Part shown: one piece after another, positions 18,541 through 28,522 of the stretch
Layout of the letters: each line of letters begins with the position of its first letter
Numbering within the stretch: the stretch's first letter is position 1
Program-made: the position numbers and the translations under genes
The notes under the pieces: model-generated
The model's database searches: none
What the model saw: only the letters and a program-made list of their open reading frames with translations
What the model was told of the DNA's origin: nothing
From: Myxococcota bacterium
GTDB taxonomy: Bacteria; Myxococcota_A; UBA796; SXON01
NCBI GenBank assembly: GCA_040386535.1
Contig: JAZKFH010000009.1
Location: 128,001 to 192,000, forward strand
DNA length: 64,000 bases
Direction: 5' to 3'

Positions 18541-20778
18541 ATGCCCGCGGGTCGCTCCGAGGCGCGCGTGCGCTGGTTCCTGGCTCCTCCGTCCCTCGTG
18601 TTCGGCGTCTTCGTACCGGGCGTCCTCGCCACTTCGTCCTTCAGCTGTGCACGCCCGGTGAGCGCGCCCGCCCCGGTCGTGACGGTCGTCGCCCCGCCCG
18701 CGCCCGTCGTGCCGTCCTGGCCGGCCACCCGGCGCGACGATGTCGTGGACACGCTCGGCGGCGTCGCGGTGCCCGACCCGTACCGCTGGCTGGAGGACGA
18801 GACGAGCGACGAGGTCCAGGCGTGGATGAAGGCCCAGGACGTGCACGCCCGCGGCGTCCTGCGGGGGCTCCCCGGGCGCGACGCGCTCGCGGCCCGCTTC
18901 CGCGCGCTCTACTACGTCGACGCCGTGTCCACGCCGCTCGTGCGGGGATCGCGCCTGTTCTACGTGCGGAGCCAGGCGGACCAGGAGAAGGCGGTCCTGT
19001 ACTGGCGCGCGGGCGCCGACGGCGCGGAGACCGTGTTGCTCGACCCGAACAAGTGGAGCGCGGACGGCACGGTGTCGCTCGGCGACTGGTCGCCCTCCTG
19101 GGACGGCCGGCGCGTCGCCTTCATGCGCAAGGCAAACGCGGCCGACGAGGCGATCCTGCACGTGATCGACGTCGACACGGGCGTCGTCTCCACGATCGAC
19201 ACGATCGCGGGCGCCAAGTACGCCAGCCCCGACTGGACCCCGGACGGCACGGGCTTCTACTACGAGTGGCTGCCGACCGACCCCACGATCCCGGTCGACG
19301 CGCGGCCCGGCTACACCGAGATCCGCTTCCACACGCTCGGCACGCCCCCCGCGACGGACCGCCTCGTCCACCCGCGCACCAACGATCCCGCCACGTTCCT
19401 CGGCGCGTGGATGGGGAGCGACGGGCGGTACCTGTTCGTCGACATCGCGCGGGGGTGGAGCGAGAACGACATCTACGTCAAGGATCTGAAGGGCGGCAAG
19501 GACTTCCAGCCCCTCGTGAAGGGTGCGAACGCGCGGTACATGCCGACGGCGTGGAAGGACCAGCTCTACATCTGGACCGACGAGGGCGCCTCCCGGGGCC
19601 GCGTGTTCCGCACGCCGGCGAACAAGCTGGCCCGCGCCAACTGGGTCGAGATCGTGCCGGAAGATCCCACGGCGACCCTCGAGGAGATGACGATCGTGGG
19701 CGGGCACCTCGCGTTGTCCTACCTGCGGGACGCGGCGTCCGAGCTGCGCATCGCGACGCTGGCGGGCAAGCCGGTGCGGACGGTCTCGCTGCCCTCCGTC
19801 GGCACCGCGAGCGCGTTCTCCGGGCTGGGCGACAAGGACGATGCCTGGTTCCAGTTCAGCTCGTTCACGCTGCCCCGGCAGGTGTACCGCACCTCGGTGA
19901 GCACGGGCGCGGTGGAGCTCTGGGCCGAGGTGCGCCTCCCCATCGACCCGACGCCCTACGTGGTCGAGCAGGTGCGCTTCCCGTCGAAGGACGGCACGTC
20001 GATCCCGATGTTCCTCGTGCACCGCCGCGACGCGCCGAAGGACGGCACCAACCCGACGCTGCTCACCGGCTACGGCGGCTTCGCCGTGTCGCTCACGCCC
20101 TCGTTCCGCGCGTCGATCTACCCGTGGCTCGAGGCGGGCGGGATCTACGCGGTCGCGAACCTGCGGGGCGGCGGCGAGTACGGCAAGGACTGGCACGACG
20201 CGGGGCGCGGCGCGAACAAGCAGAACGTGTTCGACGACTTCGTCGCCGCCGGCGAATACCTCACGCGCGAGGGGTGGACCCGCCCCGACAAGCTCGCCAT
20301 CTACGGCGGGAGCAACGGCGGCCTGCTCGTGGGCGCCGCGATGACCCAGCGGCCCGATCTCTGGGGCGCCGTGGTGTGCTCGGTGCCGCTGCTCGACATG
20401 TTGCGGTACCACCGGTTCGGCAGCGGGCGCACGTGGATCCCCGAGTACGGGAGCGCCGAGGATGCCGGCCAGCTCGAGGGGATCCGGGCGTACTCGCCGT
20501 ACCAGCACGTGTCCGACGGCACGGACTATCCGCCGCTCCTCATGCTCTCCTCCGATCACGACGATCGGGTCGATCCGATGCACGCGCGCAAGTTCGTGGC
20601 GCGGGTCCAGCACGCGGACGCCGGCGCGGGCCACACCCTGCTCCGCATCGAGCGCAACGCGGGGCACGGCGGCGCGGACCAGGTGTCCAAGTCGATCGAG
20701 TCGAGCGCCGACATGTACAGCTTCCTCCAGGCCGAGCTGGGGATGACGGCGGCACCCTCGTCCGTGCCCGCGCCGTGA
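18541..20778 (+). CDS. Prolyl oligopeptidase (S9A)
   Basis: 'DPYRWLED', 'YGGF', 'NLRGGGEYG', catalytic 'GGSNGG', 'DDRV', 'GHG'. Start uncertain (18541 or 18568). Confidence 0.96.
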   Translation: MPAGRSEARVRWFLAPPSLVFGVFVPGVLATSSFSCARPVSAPAPVVTVVAPPAPVVPSWPATRRDDVVDTLGGVAVPDPYRWLEDETSDEVQAWMKAQDVHARGVLRGLPGRDALAARFRALYYVDAVSTPLVRGSRLFYVRSQADQEKAVLYWRAGADGAETVLLDPNKWSADGTVSLGDWSPSWDGRRVAFMRKANAADEAILHVIDVDTGVVSTIDTIAGAKYASPDWTPDGTGFYYEWLPTDPTIPVDARPGYTEIRFHTLGTPPATDRLVHPRTNDPATFLGAWMGSDGRYLFVDIARGWSENDIYVKDLKGGKDFQPLVKGANARYMPTAWKDQLYIWTDEGASRGRVFRTPANKLARANWVEIVPEDPTATLEEMTIVGGHLALSYLRDAASELRIATLAGKPVRTVSLPSVGTASAFSGLGDKDDAWFQFSSFTLPRQVYRTSVSTGAVELWAEVRLPIDPTPYVVEQVRFPSKDGTSIPMFLVHRRDAPKDGTNPTLLTGYGGFAVSLTPSFRASIYPWLEAGGIYAVANLRGGGEYGKDWHDAGRGANKQNVFDDFVAAGEYLTREGWTRPDKLAIYGGSNGGLLVGAAMTQRPDLWGAVVCSVPLLDMLRYHRFGSGRTWIPEYGSAEDAGQLEGIRAYSPYQHVSDGTDYPPLLMLSSDHDDRVDPMHARKFVARVQHADAGAGHTLLRIERNAGHGGADQVSKSIESSADMYSFLQAELGMTAAPSSVPAP

Positions 20779-20785
20779 TTTCGTC

Positions 20786-22321
20786 GTGAAGCGCGCGGAC
20801 CTCGTCACCCTCGCGGCGATCGCCCTGGCGATGGTGTTGCAGGTGCGGTTCCACGTGCTCGACGATCGGGCGCCGACCGATCTGGGCCACTACTACATCT
20901 CGTTCCGCAACACGCTCGCGTGGTGGCAGCTGCACGGCGAGCTGAACTGGCGCATCGTGGACACGCCGTACAGCCTCCTGCTCGCGACGATGGGGGCGCT
21001 CCGGACCCCGACAGTGGCGTTCATGGAGGGGGTCGACACCCTCTGGTTGTTGGTGCTCCTGCTCGGGGCGGCGTTCGCCGCGCGTGCGGTTTCGGGTCCG
21101 GTCGCCGGCGCGGTCACCACTCTCGCGCTCGTCGCCTTCCCGCAGACGCACGTGCTCGCCCGCACCCACTGGATCCACCACCCCGAGGCCGCCGCGCTCC
21201 TCGGCGCGCTTGGGCTCTGGCTGGCCGCGCCCGCCCTGCCGCGCTGGGGCCAGGCGCTTGGCGTGGCCGCGCTGGTGTTCCTCGGCGAGACCATCCGGCA
21301 GACCGGCATCCCCTTCGGTGTGCCGCTCGGGGTGCTGATCCTGGCGGTGGCATGGCGCCGGGGCGCGCGCCGAACGTTGCTCCCCGTGGCGCTCGGGGTC
21401 GTGGCCGGCGCGGCCTGGTACCTCCCCACGCTCCTCGTCTACGTGCGCAACAAGGCCGGCTCGGCCGAGGGGTACGCCCAGTCGGTGACCACACCCTGGG
21501 CCTCCATCGTGGACGATCTCGGGCTGCCCGCGCTGCTCCTGGCGGTGCCGCTCGCACTGTCCGGTGCGCTTGCGTTGCGACGCCGTGATCTGTCCTCGCT
21601 CGTCGCCGGGTTGTGCCTCGTGTGGATCGTGGGCGCCGGGGTCGCGATCGCCGTCTTCCGCGTGGGGCCCGACAACTTCCCGGTCGCCGGGGCCGCGCTC
21701 GCCGTGCTCGCCGGAATCGGGGCCGCCGCGCTGCCGACGATCGCACGCCCCGGCGTCGTGGCCCTCGGCGTCGTCGCGGCGCTGCTCCTCCAGGTCCCGC
21801 CGCTCTTGAGCTACGACCTCGTGTCGCGCCTCCCCGCCGTGCTCCGCACCGCCGCGAACCCGGGGCCGCTCAACTACCTGCGCGTGTACTGGAACCCCGT
21901 GGCGGTCGAGTCCGTGCTGCCCGTTGTCGACCAGATGTGCGCGGTCACCCGCGACGACTCGCAGGCGCGCTGCTTCGTCCTGGCGACCCGCGGCCTGTTC
22001 AACCCCTCCTGGGAGGACGGCGGCACCTTCGCCCTGTTCCTATCCGGCCGCCCCAGGGTCACCGTCGTGACCCCCGAGGTGCTCTGGACGGACGACGGGC
22101 GCGCCGGGGGCGAGACCACGCGCGTGCACGGCCTCGTCGACGTGCGTTGCGCGGAGGGGGTGGCCCCGCGGGCAGGTGGGCGATTCCGCGCACAATCGGC
22201 GCGGATGCGTGCGATGTTCGAGGTGCACGGCACGGCGCCGGTCGCGACCTTCGGCGATCCGCGAGCGTGTGTGCAGACGTGGTATCTTCTACCCGACGAC
22301 GGGGGCGTGCTTGTTGAGTAA
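20786..22321 (+). CDS. Polytopic membrane protein, GT-C (ArnT/PMT-like) glycosyltransferase candidate
   Basis: First TM followed by the acidic loop 'DDRAPTDLGHYY', many TM helices, soluble C-terminal domain. Confidence 0.6.
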   Translation: MKRADLVTLAAIALAMVLQVRFHVLDDRAPTDLGHYYISFRNTLAWWQLHGELNWRIVDTPYSLLLATMGALRTPTVAFMEGVDTLWLLVLLLGAAFAARAVSGPVAGAVTTLALVAFPQTHVLARTHWIHHPEAAALLGALGLWLAAPALPRWGQALGVAALVFLGETIRQTGIPFGVPLGVLILAVAWRRGARRTLLPVALGVVAGAAWYLPTLLVYVRNKAGSAEGYAQSVTTPWASIVDDLGLPALLLAVPLALSGALALRRRDLSSLVAGLCLVWIVGAGVAIAVFRVGPDNFPVAGAALAVLAGIGAAALPTIARPGVVALGVVAALLLQVPPLLSYDLVSRLPAVLRTAANPGPLNYLRVYWNPVAVESVLPVVDQMCAVTRDDSQARCFVLATRGLFNPSWEDGGTFALFLSGRPRVTVVTPEVLWTDDGRAGGETTRVHGLVDVRCAEGVAPRAGGRFRAQSARMRAMFEVHGTAPVATFGDPRACVQTWYLLPDDGGVLVE

Positions 22322-23375
22322 GTCTACGGTTCTATTGGTCATCTCGGCGATGGCGCTCTCGGCCGCCGGGTGCGATGCGCCCCCCGCGCCCACCGATCCG
22401 TCGGCCCACGACCCCGCGAACCGCGATCCTTCGAGCCGCGGCGCGGAGGGTCCGGGCGGTCCCGGCGCGCCGAGCGGCGAGGCCCCGGCTGCCCAGCCCC
22501 CCGACGGCTTCCGGCTCCTGGATCTCGGACCTCGGTTCCTCGAGACCAACTGGGGTCCCGACATCACGGACGCGCAGCTCCCGCTGTTCAAGACCTTGGC
22601 GCTCGACGCGGTCGTGCGGGAGGACGGCAAGCAGACCCTGGTGCGCGAAGAGGAGCTGCGCCTGACCCGCGCCCTGCTCGACCGCGTGAAGCCCGATGCG
22701 CTCAAGGAGCGCACGCACGCCTTCGTCGCCGCGGAGCGCTCCCTCGTCGAGGAGCAGATCAACACGGTCCTGGCGTTCTTCGACGTGTTCACGCCCGACC
22801 AGATGGCGACACGCCTGCGTCTCGGCCAACCCCCGATCCTGGTCGAGCTCGTCGCGTCCCACCCGATGACCGGCACCGGCAACCCGTTCGCGCGCACGGC
22901 GACCGACCACCTCGACGCGACCGAGATCGAGGAGGTGCTCCGTCGCAAGATCGACGTGCACGCCCAGTACCTCGTGTACCAGTCGGCCCTGGCGGGCTCG
23001 GTGGCGGCGGTGGGCCGGCTCGACCTGACCCAGCCGAAGTGGGAGGAGGGGTACCAGGACATCACCCAGGGCACGCTGGACGCGTGGGAGACCTACCGTC
23101 GCCACTCGGTCGACGCGTTCATCCACTTCCTCTCCACCTTGCCGGCGGAGCGACGCAACACGTTCCTGCTCGCCGACGGGCTCACCAAGGTGCTCCAGCC
23201 GGCCGAGGTGCGCGGGGCGTCGGCCACGTCGGGTGCGCAGGGCGGCGGTGCGCCGGGTGGCGCGCCCACGGGCGGGCCGGGCGGGGGGCCTCCGGGTGGA
23301 GCGGGTGGCGCGCCTCCCGTCGGAGCAGGTGGAGCGGGTGACGGCACGCCCCCTCCGCCTCCGCCGGCCCAGTAG
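22314..23375 (+). CDS. Hypothetical lipoprotein, helical core with Gly/Pro-rich ends
   Basis: Lipobox 'LSAAGC', TTG start overlapping the upstream gene end. Confidence 0.7.
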   Translation: MSKSTVLLVISAMALSAAGCDAPPAPTDPSAHDPANRDPSSRGAEGPGGPGAPSGEAPAAQPPDGFRLLDLGPRFLETNWGPDITDAQLPLFKTLALDAVVREDGKQTLVREEELRLTRALLDRVKPDALKERTHAFVAAERSLVEEQINTVLAFFDVFTPDQMATRLRLGQPPILVELVASHPMTGTGNPFARTATDHLDATEIEEVLRRKIDVHAQYLVYQSALAGSVAAVGRLDLTQPKWEEGYQDITQGTLDAWETYRRHSVDAFIHFLSTLPAERRNTFLLADGLTKVLQPAEVRGASATSGAQGGGAPGGAPTGGPGGGPPGGAGGAPPVGAGGAGDGTPPPPPPAQ

Positions 23376-24242
23376 TCAGCGCCCGCGCAGGTCGGAGAGC
23401 TTCCGCAGGATCGCGACGTTCGCGCTCCACGGCCCCGGCGCCAGCCAGTTCGGGCGGGGCGGCCGCGTGCCGCGCGGGTGGTCGTTGATCTGGAACCACG
23501 GCGCGGTGCCCTTCGCCACCGCGTCCATCATGCGCTCGGCGTGGCGGAGCTCGCCCGGCTGCGCGTGATCGGGCCACGCCTGGAGGCGGATGTAGCCGCA
23601 CCGCAGCGCCCCGATGTGGCGCACGGGCTCGCGGGGGCGCCAGTAGTCCTCGTCGTCCAGCCCGTGCCCCGCCGCGGGGACGAGCCGGGTGCCGCCGGTG
23701 GTGATGATCTCGCGGTCGCTTGGGCCCTCCCAGTCCAGGAGCCAGCGCACGGGCCGATCGTCGATGCCGCGCTCGACGGGGTGGGCGAGCGTGGGGACGG
23801 CGGCCACGATGCCGTAGGAGAGGGAGAGCACGCCGACGCCGGACACGTCGGGGGCGTCCATCAGGGCGCGGATGGCGACCCGGAGATCGTCCTGGTGCTC
23901 GGGCCCGCCGAAGTCCTCCTCGCCCCAGCTGTCCCCGCGGCCGGCCGGATCGAAGGTGAGTACCGCGTAGCCGAGGCGCGCGACCTCCGCGGCGGTGACG
24001 GCGGAGGCGAACGTGTCGACCTCCGCGACGCCGTGGTGGATGGCCGGGCTGATGACCACCCCGGGGAGCGTGGCCTGCGCCGTGTCCGGGCGGGTGATGC
24101 GGGCCGCCAACGGGTAGCCGGCCGCGGAGAGCAGGCGGAGCTCCGTGCGGACCACCGGCGTGCGGGCGGTGAGCTCGCGGAGGCGGCGACGGAGGAGGTG
24201 CTGCCTCCATTCGAGGGAGCGCTGGGCGCCGGCAAGGTCCAT
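23376..24242 (-). CDS. Alpha/beta-fold hydrolase
   Basis: 'GYAVLTFDPAGRGDSWG', nucleophile elbow 'GVLSLSYG', 'DWEGPSDR'. Confidence 0.8.
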   Translation of the reverse strand: MDLAGAQRSLEWRQHLLRRRLRELTARTPVVRTELRLLSAAGYPLAARITRPDTAQATLPGVVISPAIHHGVAEVDTFASAVTAAEVARLGYAVLTFDPAGRGDSWGEEDFGGPEHQDDLRVAIRALMDAPDVSGVGVLSLSYGIVAAVPTLAHPVERGIDDRPVRWLLDWEGPSDREIITTGGTRLVPAAGHGLDDEDYWRPREPVRHIGALRCGYIRLQAWPDHAQPGELRHAERMMDAVAKGTAPWFQINDHPRGTRPPRPNWLAPGPWSANVAILRKLSDLRGR

Positions 24243-24354
24243 TGGGCGGCGCCCGTATCGCGGCGCTGAGCTCGCGTCTCCACTCCGCCCGCCCCGCACC
24301 CGGATAGATGGGCCGGTCGGACCGTGCGGCGCCTGCCGCCTCCTTGGAGCTGCC

Positions 24355-26088
24355 CTGACCTTCACCCGCCGCTTCCTCGGCGCCTATGTCCGGCCGCTCG
24401 CCCGGTGGTACGTCGCCGGCACCCTGCTGGTGTTGCTGACCAACTGGTTGTCGGTGCGCGTCCCGATGGAGATGGCGCACGGCCTCGACGCCCTGCGCGC
24501 GGGCACGCCCGGCGTGCGCGACGCCGCCGTCCACATCGGCCTCCTCGGGGTCGCAATCATCGCGACGCGCACGCTCTCGCGCGTGTTGTTCTTCTCGCCC
24601 GGGCGCCACGCCGAGTTCGCCCTCCGCGAGGACCTGTTCGCCCACCTCCTGCGGCTCCAGCCCGACTTCTACGCGAAGTTCACCACGGGGGATCTGCTCT
24701 CCCGCGCCACGAGCGACGTGACGTTCGCCCGCGCGTTCGCCGGCTTCGCCCTCCTCCAGGGCATCAACGTGGTGGCTGCGTTCACGATGGCGGTGGGGCA
24801 GATGGTGGTGCTCTCGCCTTCGCTCACGCTCGCGTGCGCGGTGCCCGTCGGCATCGGGTTCCTCGTGGTGCACAGCGGCGTGGGGCGCATGTTCGACCTC
24901 CAGCGCCAGGCGCAGACGCAGCTCGCCACGCTCGCGGACGATCTGCTCGGCACCCTCCAGGGCGTCGGCACCGTGCAGGCCTTCTCCGTCGAGGAGCCCT
25001 TCGTGGCGCGCCTCGTCGGGCACGCCAGCGCGCTCAAGACCTCGAACCTCGAGATGGCGCGGCTCCGCGCGCTCGTGTTCCCCGTGCTCTCCGTGGCCGG
25101 CGGCGCGTGCGTGTTCATCCTCATCTCCTTCGGCGGCGAGATGGCCCTCGCGGGCACGCTCACCGCGGGGCAGATCGCCGCGTTCATCGCGCTCGTGGCC
25201 TACCTGCTCGTGCCCCTGCGGCTCCTCGGCGTGTTGCTGCCGGTGTTCCAGCGCTCCGAGGCGTCCCTGGAGCGCATCTACACCGTGCTCGACGCGGTCC
25301 CGACCCGTCCGGACGCCGGGCGCGCCGTCCCGCTCCCTGTGGGTGCCACCGGCCCCACCATCGAGCTGCGGCACCTCACCTACGCATGGCCCGACGCCCC
25401 GGACCGCCCCGTCCTGCAGGACGTGCACGTGGTCCTCCCCGGTGGCTCCACCGTCGGCGTGTTCGGGCGGACCGGCGCCGGCAAGAGCACGCTGCTCCGC
25501 CTGCTCGCGCGCCTCGACAATCCCCCGGAGGGCTCGGTGTTCGTCGACGGCGTCGATCTCACCCGCGTCGATCTCGCCGACTGGCGCCGCCGCATCACGA
25601 TGGTGCCCCAGTCGCCGTTCCTCTTCTCGGAGACCATCGCCGAGAACGTGGGCCTGGGGGCCCCGCCCGAGGCGGTCGTCGCCGCCGCGTCCGCCGCGTC
25701 GCTCTCGGTCGACCTGCGCGCCCTCCCCGACGGCCTCAACACCGTCGTCGGCGAGCGGGGCATCGCGCTCTCCGGCGGCCAGCGCCAGCGGGTGGCCCTG
25801 GCCCGCGGGCTGGCGCGCCACGCTGACGTGGTGCTCCTGGATGACGTGCTCTCCGCGGTCGACCACCACACCGAGCAGGAGCTGCTCGCGATGCTCCGCG
25901 CCCGCCGTGCCGACGGCCGCAAGCCTACCCGCATCATCGTGAGCCACCGCCTCTCCGCCCTCGAGCAGGCCGATCTCGTCCTGGTGTTCCACGAGGGCCG
26001 GCTGGTCGACCAGGGCACCCACGTCGAGCTCCTCGCGCGCCCCGGCCCGTACCAGGACGCCTGGTCCGCCCAGCGGGAGGCCTCGTGA
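24355..26088 (+). CDS. ABC exporter (MdlA-like) fused permease/ATPase, subunit 1
   Basis: 'TGDLLSRATSD', GRTGAGKST, LSGGQ, degenerate 'LLDDVLSAVD'. Start uncertain (CTG at 24355 inferred). Confidence 0.92.
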   Translation: MTFTRRFLGAYVRPLARWYVAGTLLVLLTNWLSVRVPMEMAHGLDALRAGTPGVRDAAVHIGLLGVAIIATRTLSRVLFFSPGRHAEFALREDLFAHLLRLQPDFYAKFTTGDLLSRATSDVTFARAFAGFALLQGINVVAAFTMAVGQMVVLSPSLTLACAVPVGIGFLVVHSGVGRMFDLQRQAQTQLATLADDLLGTLQGVGTVQAFSVEEPFVARLVGHASALKTSNLEMARLRALVFPVLSVAGGACVFILISFGGEMALAGTLTAGQIAAFIALVAYLLVPLRLLGVLLPVFQRSEASLERIYTVLDAVPTRPDAGRAVPLPVGATGPTIELRHLTYAWPDAPDRPVLQDVHVVLPGGSTVGVFGRTGAGKSTLLRLLARLDNPPEGSVFVDGVDLTRVDLADWRRRITMVPQSPFLFSETIAENVGLGAPPEAVVAAASAASLSVDLRALPDGLNTVVGERGIALSGGQRQRVALARGLARHADVVLLDDVLSAVDHHTEQELLAMLRARRADGRKPTRIIVSHRLSALEQADLVLVFHEGRLVDQGTHVELLARPGPYQDAWSAQREAS

Positions 26089-27878
26089 GCACCCCCGCCC
26101 GCCCGAGCGCCGAGAACAAGTCCGCGCTGGATCTGCTGCGCGCGTTGTGGCCCTACCTGCGCGCGGATCGCGTGCGCTTCGGCGTCGCGATGGCGCTCAC
26201 GCCCGTCGTGGCCGGGCTCGGCCTCGTCCAGCCGCTCCTGCTGAAGAACGCGCTCGACGAGCACATCGTCGCCGGCAAGGGCGAGGGGCTCTGGGCGGTC
26301 GCCGCGGCGTTCCTCGCGGTGGTGTTCCTCTCCTTCGTGTTCGAGGCGGCGTACACGCTCCTGCTCGCGACGGCCGCGGAGAACAGCATCCTGCGCCTGC
26401 GCGAGGCGCTGTTCCGCCACACGCTCGGCCTCTCCCAACGCTTCTTCGAGCGCCAGCCCACCGGGCAGCTGATGACCCGCGCCACCTCCGACGTGGACGC
26501 GCTGAACGAGGCCCTCACGGCGGGCAGCATCAGCATCCTGCTCGACGTGCTCGTGATGGGCGGCACCCTCGCCGCGATGTTCGTGCTCGACGTGCGGCTC
26601 ACGCTGCTGCTGCTCTGCATCGGCCTGCCCCTCGCCGCGACCATCGAGTTCTTCCGGCGTCGCATGCGGATTCTGTTCGGCCGCGTGCGGGACGCGCTGG
26701 CCGCGCTCAATGCGTTCCTGGCCGAGCGGCTCTCCGGCATCGAGGTGCTCCAGCTCTACGGGCAGGAGGAGCGCACGCAGGCGCGCATGCGGGCGCTGGA
26801 CGAGGCGCATCGTGACGCGAATGTGGAGAACAACTACTACGACGCCTCGCTCTACGCGATCATCGACGGCCTCGCGAGCGTTTGCATCGCGCTGATGCTC
26901 GCCTACGGCGCCACCCGGGTGGGCGCGGTGGGCGCGGACGCCGTCAGCGTGGGCCTCGTCGTGGCGTTCGTCGACTACGTCGATCGGCTGTTCCGCCCCC
27001 TCCGCGAGTTCTCGGGGAAGGTGACCTTCCTCCAGCGCGCCGTCGCCGCGCTCGACAAGATCTTCTGGCTCCTCGGCGTCACCGAGCGCATCACCCCTGG
27101 CGACGCGAACCCCACCGGCGCCACCGGCCGGCTCTCGCTCAAGGACGTGCGGTTCCGCTACCGCGCCGATGGCCCCTGGGTGCTCGACGGCATCTCCCTC
27201 GCGGTCGCGCCGTGCGAGGTCGTGGCGGTGGTCGGCCGCACGGGCTCGGGCAAGAGCACGCTGGTCCGTCTGCTCGCGCGGGTGCACGACGGCTACCAAG
27301 GCAGCATCCTGGTCGACGACGTCGAGCTCTCCCGCATCGCGCCGGCCGCCATCCGTCGCATCGTCGGGTCCGTACGCCAGGAGGTGCAGCTGTTCACGGA
27401 CACGCTGCGCTTCAACGTGACGCTGGGCGATCCCTCGCTCGATCCCGCACGCGTGGAGGAGGCCATCACCCTCTCCAACGCGGCCGCCATCGCGATGCGC
27501 CACCCCGAGGGCCTCGATCACAAGGTGCGGGACCGCGGCGCGAACCTCTCGGCCGGCGAGGCGCAGATCCTGGCGCTCGCGCGCACCCTCGCCCGCGACC
27601 CCGCAATCGTCGTGCTCGACGAGGCCACCGCCAGCGTCGATCCCGTCACCGAGCAGCTCCTCCAGCAGGCCATCGAGCGGATCTTCGCGCGGAAGACCTG
27701 CCTCGTCATCGCGCATCGCCTCTCGACCGTCATCCACGCCGACCGTATCGTGGTGATGGACGCGGGCCGCCTGGTCGAGCAGGGCACGCACGCCGAGCTC
27801 CTCGCGCGCGGCGGGGCCTACGCCGCCCTGTTCGCGGAGGGCTTCGGCGAGGTCGAGGAGGCCAAGGAGGCGCGTTAG
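26085..27878 (+). CDS. ABC exporter (MdlB-like) fused permease/ATPase, subunit 2
   Basis: GTGA overlap, GRTGSGKST, LSAGE, 'VLDEATASVD', 'IAHRLST'. Confidence 0.95.
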   Translation: MSTPARPSAENKSALDLLRALWPYLRADRVRFGVAMALTPVVAGLGLVQPLLLKNALDEHIVAGKGEGLWAVAAAFLAVVFLSFVFEAAYTLLLATAAENSILRLREALFRHTLGLSQRFFERQPTGQLMTRATSDVDALNEALTAGSISILLDVLVMGGTLAAMFVLDVRLTLLLLCIGLPLAATIEFFRRRMRILFGRVRDALAALNAFLAERLSGIEVLQLYGQEERTQARMRALDEAHRDANVENNYYDASLYAIIDGLASVCIALMLAYGATRVGAVGADAVSVGLVVAFVDYVDRLFRPLREFSGKVTFLQRAVAALDKIFWLLGVTERITPGDANPTGATGRLSLKDVRFRYRADGPWVLDGISLAVAPCEVVAVVGRTGSGKSTLVRLLARVHDGYQGSILVDDVELSRIAPAAIRRIVGSVRQEVQLFTDTLRFNVTLGDPSLDPARVEEAITLSNAAAIAMRHPEGLDHKVRDRGANLSAGEAQILALARTLARDPAIVVLDEATASVDPVTEQLLQQAIERIFARKTCLVIAHRLSTVIHADRIVVMDAGRLVEQGTHAELLARGGAYAALFAEGFGEVEEAKEAR

Positions 27879-28522
27879 CGCGGAGGCGCAGCCGGAGGCG
27901 TTCCCGTCGGCGGCGCGCTCCCCGTCGGCGGCGCGCTCCCCGTCGGCGGCGCGCTCCCCGTCGGCGGCGGCGGCCCCGCGTCTGCCGGGGGCCCGTCGGG
28001 CAAGGGGGGGCCCACCGCACCGTCGGCGGGGGCGATGCCTTGCGGGGTCGCGCCGGGGCCACCGGGCACGACGTGCAGGCCGGGCGCCGCGCGAGTGTTG
28101 GGCGCCACGAGCGCGAAGCGGGCGGCGCGCTCGGCGTCGGGGAGCTGGAGATCCAGCGGCACGTCCCACGCGAGCGTCCCGACATGGGCCTCGGCGACGT
28201 CGATGCCGGCGATCGTGCCGTCCCCGTCGGCGTCACAGCCCCACCGCAGGGTCAACGCGACGCCCGGCGGCACACGGAAGTCGTAGGGGCCCGGCGCGAC
28301 CGACGTGCCGGCGAGCGGGCGGCTCTGGTTGGGCGAGCCCGCTTCGAGGCGCACGGGGCCGCCGCACGCGCCGCGGAGGATGCCCCGGAGCGTGGGGCTG
28401 CCGGCCGCGGAGAGGTCCTCCTGCGTGTTGAGGGGCGATCTCGACGTGATCGGGGCGCCCCCTGAGGCGGGCGCCGGCGCGGGCGCTACCGGCAGGCATG
28501 CCGCCAGCGCGAAGAGGATCAG
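27875..28522 (-). CDS. Hypothetical lipoprotein with Pro-rich repeat tail
   Basis: '(M)ILFALAAC' lipobox, 'CDADGDG', (PPTGSA)n tail. The probable CTG start overlaps the upstream TGA. Confidence 0.6.
   Translation of the reverse strand: MILFALAACLPVAPAPAPASGGAPITSRSPLNTQEDLSAAGSPTLRGILRGACGGPVRLEAGSPNQSRPLAGTSVAPGPYDFRVPPGVALTLRWGCDADGDGTIAGIDVAEAHVGTLAWDVPLDLQLPDAERAARFALVAPNTRAAPGLHVVPGGPGATPQGIAPADGAVGPPLPDGPPADAGPPPPTGSAPPTGSAPPTGSAPPTGTPPAAPPR
27903..27969. repeat. 18-bp tandem repeat (3 full copies plus a partial) encoding PPTGSA
   Basis: CCCGTCGGCGGCGCGCTC units. Confidence 0.9.

Noticed and set aside
16696..20808. 1370-aa and 1296-aa ORFs suggesting giant fusion proteins
   Set aside because: Each is a real gene (caspase-like or prolyl oligopeptidase) extended through the antisense of its divergent neighbour; signal peptides mark the true starts.
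27903..27969. Tandem repeats (also 3778-3829) as a possible CRISPR array
   Set aside because: There are no spacers, the unit lengths are multiples of three and encode Pro-rich linkers, and no cas genes are present.
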